From: Telmatocola sphagniphila
GTDB lineage: Bacteria; Planctomycetota; Planctomycetia; Gemmatales; Gemmataceae
Direction of reading: 5' to 3'
Assembly (NCBI RefSeq): GCF_018398935.1
Contig: NZ_CP074694.1
Location: 5,520,001 to 5,552,000, forward strand
Length of the DNA stretch: 32,000 bases
Shown here: piece by piece, positions 8,619 through 15,854 of the stretch
Numbering within the stretch: position 1 is the stretch's first letter
How the letters are laid out: each line of letters starts with the position of its first letter
The notes under the pieces: model-generated
Databases searched by the model: none
Told to the model about the DNA's origin: nothing
The model's input: the letters and a program-made list of their open reading frames with translations, nothing else
Made by a program: the position numbers and the translations under genes

Positions 8619-8748
8619 ATTGCAAATTCCGATTTTGAGAGAACAAGATGCCTTCCCAGATAGTCTCTCGCATAAATTTTGATACACTAAAATTCAAGAC
8701 ATTTGTTGTAGATTGAGCGTATTCATTCTGCTTATTTGGAGGGCAATT

Positions 8749-9228
8749 ATGATTATCTCAAAAACAAATAATTCTGTAGAAATTAAAAATTCAAAGTATA
8801 TTATCTTTTTCAGATATTTAATTTTATTTTTATTTGCATTGATTGCTTTTTTTATTTCAGGATTGATTATTTTTTTAATGCATCCTGCCAGTCAGACTTT
8901 TGCTATAGTAACTGCTGTAATCATTTTGAAAATTCTCTGTGTTTTCGTTTCTTCAATTCCATTGCTCGTATTTTTAACATTTTTCGTCAATGCTGATGAA
9001 TATCGTTTTACCAAACACAATGTAATTAAGATCTATTTTTATGGTTTAGTAAGAATTGAATATTCTTTCAGCAATCTTATTCTAGATAAAAATAATGGGC
9101 GGATGATATTTGGATCTGCGTACGAATATATTACATTAAGAACGGATAAAGAAAAAGTGGTATTAACAGGTCAAATTGAACAACTATCCTCTGAGCTAAT
9201 AGACGTTTTGAATTCATTTCCTGAATAA
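8749..9228 (+). CDS. hypothetical multi-pass membrane protein with soluble C-terminal domain
   Basis: ATG at 8749 follows GGAGGG (8738-8743). The track start at 8713 is TTG. There are two to three hydrophobic helices (YLILFLFALIAFFISGLIIFLM, FAIVTAVIILKILCVFVSSIPLLVFLTFFV). Coding is very AT-rich. Confidence 0.6.
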   Translation: MIISKTNNSVEIKNSKYIIFFRYLILFLFALIAFFISGLIIFLMHPASQTFAIVTAVIILKILCVFVSSIPLLVFLTFFVNADEYRFTKHNVIKIYFYGLVRIEYSFSNLILDKNNGRMIFGSAYEYITLRTDKEKVVLTGQIEQLSSELIDVLNSFPE

Positions 9229-9712
9229 TTATCTATCGCTTATTAGATGTTTCTTAAAGATTAGTGTTGTGTTCGCAATGAACATACCCTGGAAGGCTTA
9301 TCAGTATACTCCTTTCGGGGAAAACTTGAGCTTAGCTGTGAATGTTTTGAAAGATAGAATTGGAAAGTGCGAATGTATAAATTCCTAGAATTTAGCGGGC
9401 TTGGTAGAAAAGGTAATATTAGTTGCAAAAATACTGCGAATGCAAATGGCATTAATGCGCAAGGCGAAGGTGGCTGTTACCTTGATTCAAACTGCTTTGC
9501 GGGAAAAAGGCATAAGTCAACCACTGAAGAAGTATGGCTAAAACGGAAATATGTCCAGCTACAAAGGACAAAATTCTTTCAAAAGCTGCAATATTCGCAC
9601 CTTACGAAGCTGGCAATCCCGATAGATTCGTAGTCGCTCTCATTACAATCTCCTCCGATTTGGACAACATATAATTACTAATTCCGCAGCGGTTTATCAA
9701 CGAGCTCGAGAT

Positions 9713-9994
9713 TTGGCAGCAGCAGCTTACCTAGAGGCGGAAGCCTCTGAGAACTATTGGACTCGACTTTGGGGAAGAGTTATATTTTGTGGGAAGCGTT
9801 TCTTGGGACCTATAAGTGTTTTGGCAGGTGGAATCACTTCAATTGCCGGAGAAGCACAATCAATTGAAAATGCTAACCGTCCAAATAATGATTTGGATTG
9901 GGAATATGTAAGCCATGATATCACTATTGTTGGAACGTTTTGGATTTATAAAAATATTAAAACCGGGCAGAAGCGTCGAGTAAAAATCAACTGA
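9713..9994 (+). CDS. hypothetical protein, start uncertain (possibly the 3' part of a decayed gene)
   Basis: The TTG start in the track is weak, and the frame is open upstream to 9626 without an ATG. Two short ORFs (9446..9541 and 9534..9674) precede it in frames 2 and 0. Confidence 0.35.
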   Translation: MAAAAYLEAEASENYWTRLWGRVIFCGKRFLGPISVLAGGITSIAGEAQSIENANRPNNDLDWEYVSHDITIVGTFWIYKNIKTGQKRRVKIN

Positions 9995-10134
9995 GTATTT
10001 CCTATGGTAGATATTGTGCACTAACTAGATTCTTCCGTATTCATCGCTGTGAGCTGTTGAAATTTATTTTTTTAATTCGCACTCGATCAGAAGGTCAGGG
10101 ACACTTTTGACAGCGCGAAAAACCTGGGGAATGT

Positions 10135-10659
10135 ATGAAACGAGTGATGTATTTATTATTTTTTGTATTTTTATTTGACTTAATAGGGTGCTCACCGGAA
10201 CCCTTGGTTCAATCAAATCGACGCCAAACTCAACAGGAAAAAAAAGAATCTGAAGCTTCCATTATTGGAAAATGGGAGCTTGTCAAATGTGTATTTAAGG
10301 GAAAAGAGGCTCCCTCTAATTTACTTCGAGATGTCGAAGTCATTATTGACACTGAAAAAATCTCATTTAAACCGGCAATTATTTCATCTACTGGCAGAAA
10401 TAAAGAGAAAACCGAATTCCGATTGGAAGGCAGTTTCAAGGCTAAGCTAAAATTCGATCCGTATCACAGTCCGCACTCCAACCTGGATCTCACTGTTGAA
10501 GAGGACGGTGAGAGTAATTTGCTGAAAGGCATCTATAAATTAGATGTTAACAATTTGAAGATTTGTGTATCACCTACTTCAGAGAGGCCTAAGGATTTTT
10601 CGTCTACTGATAGCTCAGATACCCGTTTACTTGAACTCAAAAGAAAAACTGATCAATAA
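10135..10659 (+). CDS. lipoprotein with TIGR03067-like (Planctomycetes-specific) domain
   Basis: Signal peptide plus lipobox (LFDLIGC). The body fits the TIGR03067 pattern as I remember it: GKWELVKCVFKGKEAP...KFDPYHSP..LDL...LKGIYKLDVNNLKICVSPTSERPKDFSS...LLELKRK. GGGGA precedes the ATG. Confidence 0.65.
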   Translation: MKRVMYLLFFVFLFDLIGCSPEPLVQSNRRQTQQEKKESEASIIGKWELVKCVFKGKEAPSNLLRDVEVIIDTEKISFKPAIISSTGRNKEKTEFRLEGSFKAKLKFDPYHSPHSNLDLTVEEDGESNLLKGIYKLDVNNLKICVSPTSERPKDFSSTDSSDTRLLELKRKTDQ

Positions 10660-10736
10660 TTTGTCAGGCACTTCTTCGAATTTTTAGTTCTTCTCTGAAT
10701 TTAGTGGCTGACTCCCTTGGGCATCATGCTGAGCCT

Positions 10737-10853
10737 ATGGATCGAATTGCTTTACGCCGTGCTCTCTTTGATCACGGCGATCTTTTGTTGAAGAGAGGGC
10801 CAATTCCTCTAGTAATTAAATCGCAAAAACGGTAAATATTACGTGAGGGTACA
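10737..10853 (+). mobile_element. solo right-end fragment of the same IS as 7942..8618
   Basis: atggatcgaattgctttacgccgtgctctc...aaatattacgtgagggtaca parallels 8500-8618 with a few substitutions or indels and ends at the same ...TACA terminus. Confidence 0.75.
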
Positions 10854-11020
10854 CCAAAAATACCTGTAGACAAATATGAAAAATAAAAAATCCCTAGACG
10901 GCTATTCTTCCGTAAATAAATATTAACACACCAGCGATGAATGGCCGCGGCAAAAAATACAATACTAGCGTACAAGAATGGGTAAAGCGATCCAACATCA
11001 AATATTCAAGGTGACACACA

Positions 11021-11692
11021 ATGAAAAAATATATATTATTTACATTATTTATGTCATTGCTACTTGTGTACGTTCTATATGTAAAAATTCAATCAAATTA
11101 CAATGCATCAAACAGGTTGGTAATTTATGGAAAGTTGACAGAAATATACTCATTGATACTTAAATATCAGGAAAAATATGATTCACCTCTCTCATCCTTG
11201 AATAAAGATAAGGTCAATAGTTCGTCATTAAGTTGGCGTGTTTTTCTCACTGAATTTATGGATTTAGATATATTTTCAGAATTTCAAATGAATTCTGGTT
11301 GGGATTCTGAAAAAAATTACAAGCTAATTAACAAAATGCCCGCTGTTTATGCTACCTTTTCAGAAAGAAATGATTTTACCAGCACCAGTTTTATTTTGAT
11401 AAATATACCTAAGTTTGATAGGCAAAACTCTCCACCGGCGACTCGAGTTCAATCATCAATTATAGATCAATCAATAATTGTGGCATACGTGCCTTTCATT
11501 AAAGAAATGTGGACTCAGCCGTCGAAATACGCGGATTCCACCGAATTGCAAAATGTAATATCGCAATCTCTAACTTCTGGCAAACATTTTGATAACATTA
11601 TTGTTCTGCAATTGAATGGCGAAATATATTCTTTAACCGCTGAGCAATTCAACGGTAGATTATTAAATCAAATAGCAAATATGAAATATTAG
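11021..11692 (+). CDS. DUF1559-like protein lacking the usual prepilin-type N-terminus
   Basis: N-terminal hydrophobic anchor MKKYILFTLFMSLLLVYVLYV. The segment LSWRVFLTEFMDLDIFSEFQMNSGWDSEKNYKLINKMPAVYATF mirrors the DUF1559 core (SWRV.LLPY.EQ..LY..F....PWDS..N..L....P.VY.CP). The ATG is preceded by AAGGTG. Confidence 0.55.
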   Translation: MKKYILFTLFMSLLLVYVLYVKIQSNYNASNRLVIYGKLTEIYSLILKYQEKYDSPLSSLNKDKVNSSSLSWRVFLTEFMDLDIFSEFQMNSGWDSEKNYKLINKMPAVYATFSERNDFTSTSFILINIPKFDRQNSPPATRVQSSIIDQSIIVAYVPFIKEMWTQPSKYADSTELQNVISQSLTSGKHFDNIIVLQLNGEIYSLTAEQFNGRLLNQIANMKY

Positions 11693-11907
11693 GAAATATT
11701 CGTCTTATTTTAATATTCGTCATCTGGAATACTTCTCCTTCTTACCCTGATACACCCGTTGTAGCATTTGCAATATCCTGGGAAGGAATTTCAATTCTCG
11801 GGATTGTTTTCAATCTATTTGCTTGGAGCGCAGTCGCGGCTGTCAAGCCCCCGAAAGCGTGTCCAGATTGGATCGGAGTGGGTTGATGTAAAAAATGGTT
11901 TATCCGT

Positions 11908-12150
11908 GGTGGCACTGGTAACCCTTTAGAATCACCGTAAGTCATTGTCAGGTAATGCTTTGGGTGGTACTGGCTATCTGCGGTTGCCTGAGAGAGAGAA
12001 ATCAGATAGACTTTTCGTCAAGTCCGAAACAAATTCGATCCGAAAGCGGGAGTTATATCGAAACGGCTCTGGCAATAGCCAGTGCCACAAAAACCGTTAC
12101 TGGATAATGACATGCGTTGATTTGGTTAGGTTACCAGTGCCACCCCGCCG
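11908..12150 (+). repeat. S1: approx. 237-nt imperfect palindrome / rod-folding element (candidate MITE-like foldback element or structured RNA)
   Basis: Three coaxial helices read directly. P1: 11908-11923 GGTGGCACTGGTAACC pairs with 12129-12144 GGTTACCAGTGCCACC (16/16). P2: 11941-11957 pairs with 12095-12111 (17 positions, 1 mismatch, some G-T). P3: 11964-11977 pairs with 12075-12088 (14 bp including one G-T). These enclose an approx. 80-nt apical region. The ORFs 11742..11945(-) and 11945..12157(+) read through it and both contain LPVPPR, a palindrome artefact. Confidence 0.8.
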
Positions 12151-12281
12151 ACAGTAGAGATTTAGTTAATAAGTGTTTATTTTTAGTTTATTAATATTAC
12201 TATTTAAATAGTTAATCTGGTTTTTAATAATACAACGTTGAAGGAAACCTTCGTAGTCCAGATTTCCCGAACTGAATGTTA

Positions 12282-12319
12282 ATTGCTATATTGACAAAAT
12301 AAATTTGATTAAATAATTT
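12282..12319 (+). promoter_or_regulatory. candidate promoter of the protease-PDZ gene
   Basis: Two readings are possible. Sigma70-like: TTGACA (12291-12296), a 17-nt spacer, then TAATTT (12314-12319). Bacteroidota-like: ATTG (12282-12285), 14 nt, then TAAATTTG (12300-12307), about 30 nt before the ATG, with no Shine-Dalgarno. The AT-rich context makes chance matches likely. Confidence 0.3.
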
Positions 12320-12337
12320 ATCGTTTTGGATAAAACA

Positions 12338-13465
12338 ATGAAATATATTTTCTGTCAAATCCTATTTTTGATTGCAGGCCATTCATGCTTTGGACAAAAA
12401 ACAGACGTTGCTAATTATATAATTGAGGTAATTAAAATACCTAATAATGGAAAAGCCATTCTGGTACCAATATCTATCTCTAATAAAAAATATTTGTTTT
12501 TGTTCGATACTGGAGCAGCACGTTCTGCATTTGATATTCGATTGCCAGTTAAAGATGCCTCTCTTACAACGGAGCTGGCTGTAGGAACTTCCGGATCAAA
12601 AGAGTTGCGAACTGGCAAACCAGGAGATGGATATCTTGGTCGGATGAATATTAAAGATTCAATAAACAATGTTTGGCTAGATAACATGTCGAATCTTCGG
12701 AACTCTTTAGGCAAAGAAGTTTATGGTGTTTTGGGATTAGATTTTATTGTGAACAAAATTATTCAAATAGATTTTGACAATGGCGAGCTTAGATTTCTGG
12801 ATAAAATCAAAGAACCGCCAGGAGATGTTTACGATCTCTCTATAAACAAAATCGGTCAAGTTGAAATAAGTGCAAAGCTGAACGATTCTATACTGGACAA
12901 ATTTGTTGTTGATACAGGCTTCATTTCCACACAGAGTGGTTTTCTAAAAGAGGATACGTCAAGCGCGCTCAAAATCAACACAAAGTTCCACATGGTCGGC
13001 GATGGCATTTTTCAGGGAATAGCTGGGGAAAACACTCAATCGTTTACGCAATTTGACACTATTAAATTTGGCGATAAATTAATCAAAAAGCCGATATTCA
13101 CAATCAATAATACTAGTATTCTTAGCAATTACTTTCTGTCTCGTTTTTTGGTGACAATTGACTATTCTCAAAAAAAAATATATCTAAAACCAGGAAAGAA
13201 TTATACAAAAAAAGACTTGTATAATTTGAGCGGTATGCACCTCCTGGTTGACGATAAAAAAATTATCATCGATGGGCTGGATGAGGGAAGTGTGTCCAAG
13301 AAATCGGGAATTCTTATTGGCGATCAGATTTTCAAATTAGAAACTATCGAATTGGCTAAACTTGACGTAGAAGATTTAAGGATTTTGCTTAGTACTCCTG
13401 GAGATTTAAAATTAACAATTCAGAGAAAATCTAAGATGATTGATTTTGTTTTGCGTTTAAAATAA
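12338..13465 (+). CDS. secreted retropepsin-like aspartyl protease (two DTG lobes) with C-terminal PDZ domain
   Basis: Signal peptide MKYIFCQILFLIAGHSCFGQ. Two catalytic-type motifs are present: LFLFDTGAARSAF and KFVVDTGFISTQSG. The C-terminal approx. 85 aa (GMHLLVDDKKIIIDGLDEGSVSKKSGILIGDQIFKLETIELAKL...LKLTIQR) looks like a PDZ fold. The track start at 12326 is TTG, so ATG 12338 is preferred. Confidence 0.7.
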   Translation: MKYIFCQILFLIAGHSCFGQKTDVANYIIEVIKIPNNGKAILVPISISNKKYLFLFDTGAARSAFDIRLPVKDASLTTELAVGTSGSKELRTGKPGDGYLGRMNIKDSINNVWLDNMSNLRNSLGKEVYGVLGLDFIVNKIIQIDFDNGELRFLDKIKEPPGDVYDLSINKIGQVEISAKLNDSILDKFVVDTGFISTQSGFLKEDTSSALKINTKFHMVGDGIFQGIAGENTQSFTQFDTIKFGDKLIKKPIFTINNTSILSNYFLSRFLVTIDYSQKKIYLKPGKNYTKKDLYNLSGMHLLVDDKKIIIDGLDEGSVSKKSGILIGDQIFKLETIELAKLDVEDLRILLSTPGDLKLTIQRKSKMIDFVLRLK

Positions 13466-13749
13466 TATTTTTTGTGAAGAACACTAGGTTTTTTCTTTAG
13501 TTTACTTAGTTACGAATGATTCGTATGTAATTCGCTTGGAGCCACAATCGCCCGTATTCTGTTCATACAATGAAGTGATCCGTAAATGCCTAAAACGAAT
13601 TTCGGATTATTAGTAATTTCAAGTTAATTTAAGGTTGAAAGGCGAATGAAATTCCTAAAAAATCATTAAATTCGATTCTAGCGAGACTGCTACAGAAATC
13701 GCAAGCGGATCCAGGTAACGAAGCGTTGAAGGGGCGCGTCGGCTCGACG

Positions 13750-13993
13750 GGTGGCACTGGTAACCCTTTAGAATCACCGTAAGTCATTGTCAGGTAATGT
13801 ATTGGCTGACACTGGCTATCTGCCGTTGCCTGAGAAAGCGAAATCAGATAGACTTTTCATCAACTCCGAAACAATTTCGATCCGATAGCGGGAGTTATAT
13901 CGAAACGGCCGGTGGCAATAATCAGTACCACCCAAACTGTTACTCAATAACGACTTGCGTTGATTTAGTTCGGCTACCAGTGCCACCCCGCCG
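13750..13993 (+). repeat. S2: second, partly decayed copy of the S element
   Basis: The first 50 nt (13750-13799) are identical to S1 11908-11957. The rest is colinear with scattered substitutions. The terminal helix is GGTGGCACTGGTAACC / GGCTACCAGTGCCACC (1 mismatch), and the P2/P3 arms carry several mismatches. ORFs 13797..14078(+) and 13816..14004(-) read through it. Confidence 0.8.
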
Positions 13994-14232
13994 TGCAGGC
14001 TCACTTTGCCAAAGAGAAAGCTTCTTCTCTCTTGGCCAAGGCGTGAGTTATTACACGAGACTCTCGCAAAGAGATTAGCTCAGTTGGCTGCTCGTGGGCA
14101 GACCTATAAAGGAGCAAGAGTCAAACTCGTCAAGGAAGTAGATAGCTCGTACTTCCTTGGCGTAAAAATTCCTCACTTTAAATTTACGTACGAAGTGAAA
14201 TAGCTGCGGTCCATTGCTACGAGGATCAACAA

Positions 14233-14445
14233 ATGAACGAAATCGAACGCTTTTTCCATGATCTTTCACGAATCGCTCCCTTCATGGAAGAATTAGTGAT
14301 GGTACCGGAATCACACTTCTTTTATGATGTTTTTAGTGGATCTATTGTGTTGCCTGATGAATTGCCAAAAGCTGCACCTATTAGTTTTGATTGCCTTCGC
14401 TTTGTCTTTAAATATAGAACAGGATTGCAAGTCGGAGAGCCGTAG
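14233..14445 (+). CDS. small hypothetical protein; possibly the 5' part of a 99-codon gene interrupted by an in-frame TAG
   Basis: ATG at 14233 is preceded by GAGGA. After the TAG at 14443-14445 the same frame continues PSLELFWKEANRCFPKWIGFSPKRMNWS to TAA at 14530-14532. Confidence 0.4.
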   Translation: MNEIERFFHDLSRIAPFMEELVMVPESHFFYDVFSGSIVLPDELPKAAPISFDCLRFVFKYRTGLQVGEP

Positions 14446-14555
14446 CCATCTTTAGAACTCTTTTGGAAAGAAGCGAATCGGTGTTTCCCAAAATGGATTG
14501 GCTTTTCACCGAAGCGCATGAACTGGTCTTAAAAAAATTGAAAAGGCAGATCGTT

Positions 14556-14897
14556 ATGCGGCACTACGTATTGTTTAGATGTATTATAGCTCTGAATTAT
14601 TTAGTTGCTGGCTGTTCTTTTTTTATGGCTGCATATGGCCATCACAAGTTTTGGTTGTCTTCTATAGAAAAATGTTCTAGAAATATTCTTTTTATATTCG
14701 AACCAAAGCTAACGAATGATACTATGGAGCAGCAGAAAAAATTAATTGAAATGGAAAGTGAGATTCGAGTATCATCCCATCTTGTAAATGTATCCGGCGA
14801 AATCGGTTGGCATTTGGCCACCCTCATATCTTTAATTACCGCAATTGGCTTGAAATACATCTATAGGAAAATTAAAAATAATCAGTTCAACATGTAA
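14556..14897 (+). CDS. small two-TM membrane protein (hypothetical)
   Basis: The internal ATG at 14556 of ORF 14463..14897 gives MRHYVLFRCIIALNYLVAGCSFFMAAYG... with a second helix WHLATLISLITAIGLKYI. The upstream part of the track ORF overlaps the previous reading frame. Confidence 0.45.
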   Translation: MRHYVLFRCIIALNYLVAGCSFFMAAYGHHKFWLSSIEKCSRNILFIFEPKLTNDTMEQQKKLIEMESEIRVSSHLVNVSGEIGWHLATLISLITAIGLKYIYRKIKNNQFNM

Positions 14898-15016
14898 AAT
14901 TTAATATTTTGCCGTAGTATACTGTTTAGAATTATCCTGGCGAATCTGAATTCGCAGTTACTCCTTCTAAGGTGGAAAGTCTCGTTGCGAATAACTCAAA
15001 TTGTAGTGCCTCTCTT

Positions 15017-15244
15017 TGAACTGAAATTTGACTTTGGTTGTTCAAGTGACGAAACTCTAATTTAGGAGCCTCGTCATGAGCCAATTGAACGCCGAGAACA
15101 ATTCGAGAGAACGTCGTCATTTCAGCCCGGCTGCCAAGGTGGCCATCCTGCGACAGCATTTTCTGGAAGGTAAAGCCATCTCGGAGATCTGCCAGAACGA
15201 AGAGATCGCCGTCACTCAGTTTTTGTAAACGCCGGTCGAAAAGG
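15017..15244 (+). mobile_element. IS3-family left-end fragment with truncated orfA
   Basis: A TGAACTGAAATTTGAC... terminus (IS3-type TGA start) is followed by AGGAG and a 50-codon ORF (15076..15228). That ORF, MSQLNAENNSRERRHFSPAAKVAILRQHFLEGKAISEICQNEEIAVTQFL, fits the IS3 OrfA HTH pattern (RR.FS...K..IL......G....EIC....I....F) and stops where an ISL3-like end begins. Confidence 0.5.
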
Positions 15245-15600
15245 GGCTCTGTCGCCCAGTTGGTGACGAGCGTTGGTTAGAATGTCTTCAGGAATTCATT
15301 CTGACAGGACGCAGCCTCATGACTCTGCAGGACCTCTTTCCTCAAGAGGCCGGTTTGGTCGTTACCGATTTCGCTCTCACTCCGGATCTTTTGGCCCTTG
15401 CTCTAAAAACCACATGCCCGAGTTCGCAGTGCCCCGACTGTGGCCAGCGGACAGATCGGATTCACAGCCATTATTGGCGGGTATTGGCGGACTTACCCTG
15501 GCAAGCTCGACGAGTATTGCTCCGGATCGAACTGCGAAAATTTCGATGCATGAATGCCGCTTGCCCCAGGCAAATCTTCTGTGTACGGCTACTATGAACT
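15245..15600 (+). mobile_element. ISL3-family left-end fragment with truncated transposase
   Basis: The GGCTCTGTCGCCCAGTTGGTGAC terminus resembles ISL3-family GGCTCTT... inverted repeats. ORF 15319..15597 carries the N-terminal zinc-finger region. Confidence 0.5.
15319..15597 (+). pseudogene. ISL3-family transposase, N-terminal zf-ISL3 fragment only
   Basis: ...CPSSQCPDCGQRTDRIHSHYWRVLADLPWQARRVLLRIELRKFRCMNAACPRQIF matches the ISL3 pattern CP.CG....R.HS.Y.R...DLP......L.....RF.C.N..C....F. The frame then terminates, so the catalytic domain is absent. Confidence 0.65.
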
Positions 15601-15707
15601 ATAGCCGTGAGTTCGCTGAGTACTATGAGCAGGAACGTAAGAGAATTGAGTTAATTGACCGATAACGAGGTCAATAAATGGTCGCGGTAGGGACGGGGAT
15701 TACACCC

Positions 15708-15854
15708 TGTCCCGAACCGAATTCTGGTCGCACTTGTAGCCGAATTGAAAGCTGTAGGGATTTTGGCATTTTGAAGGGTGTTTTGCCGAATTCCAGGGAA
15801 TTTTGGAGCGGTCTGATGACCGAGACCGGGGTGTTGCGATGAGCCGGCATAGTC
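15708..15854 (+). mobile_element. solo left-end fragment of the same IS as 7942..8618
   Basis: tgtcccgaaccgaattctggtcgcacttgtagccgaatt...ccgagaccggggtgttgcgatgagccggcatagtc parallels 7942-8087, with about one indel and a handful of substitutions by eye. Confidence 0.75.

Noticed and set aside
11742-12157. ORFs 11742..11945(-), 11945..12157(+) and, at S2, 13797..14078(+) and 13816..14004(-)
   Set aside because: They read through the palindromic S elements. The same peptide (LPVPPR) appears from both strands, which is a signature of inverted-repeat DNA rather than coding sequence.
11908-13993. S elements as integron attC sites
   Set aside because: They are too long (about 237 nt against roughly 55-140). 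A GTTRRRY core (GTTAGGT, 12125-12131) exists in S1 but is not conserved in S2 (GTTCGGC). No RYYYAAC partner is present, and there is no intI in the window.
11908-13993. S elements as retron msr/msd or as LTRs of a retroelement carrying a retropepsin
   Set aside because: There is no reverse transcriptase or integrase gene. The fold is one coaxial rod rather than the two-domain retron ncRNA. The protease is a secreted two-lobed bacterial type with PDZ, not a Gag-Pol-type protease.
14070-14135. tRNA-like D-arm string TAGCTCAGTTGG (a possible tRNA or tRNA-fragment integration site)
   Set aside because: The flanking sequence does not complete a D-stem (no GAGC partner in place), and I could not draw an anticodon arm, a T-arm (GTTCGAATC-like) or an acceptor stem.
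14006-14203. 65-aa K/R-rich ORF downstream of S2
   Set aside because: It has a TTG start and no RBS or motif. It overlaps two local hairpins (14020-14050 and GGAAGTA...TACTTCC at 14133-14155), so support is insufficient.
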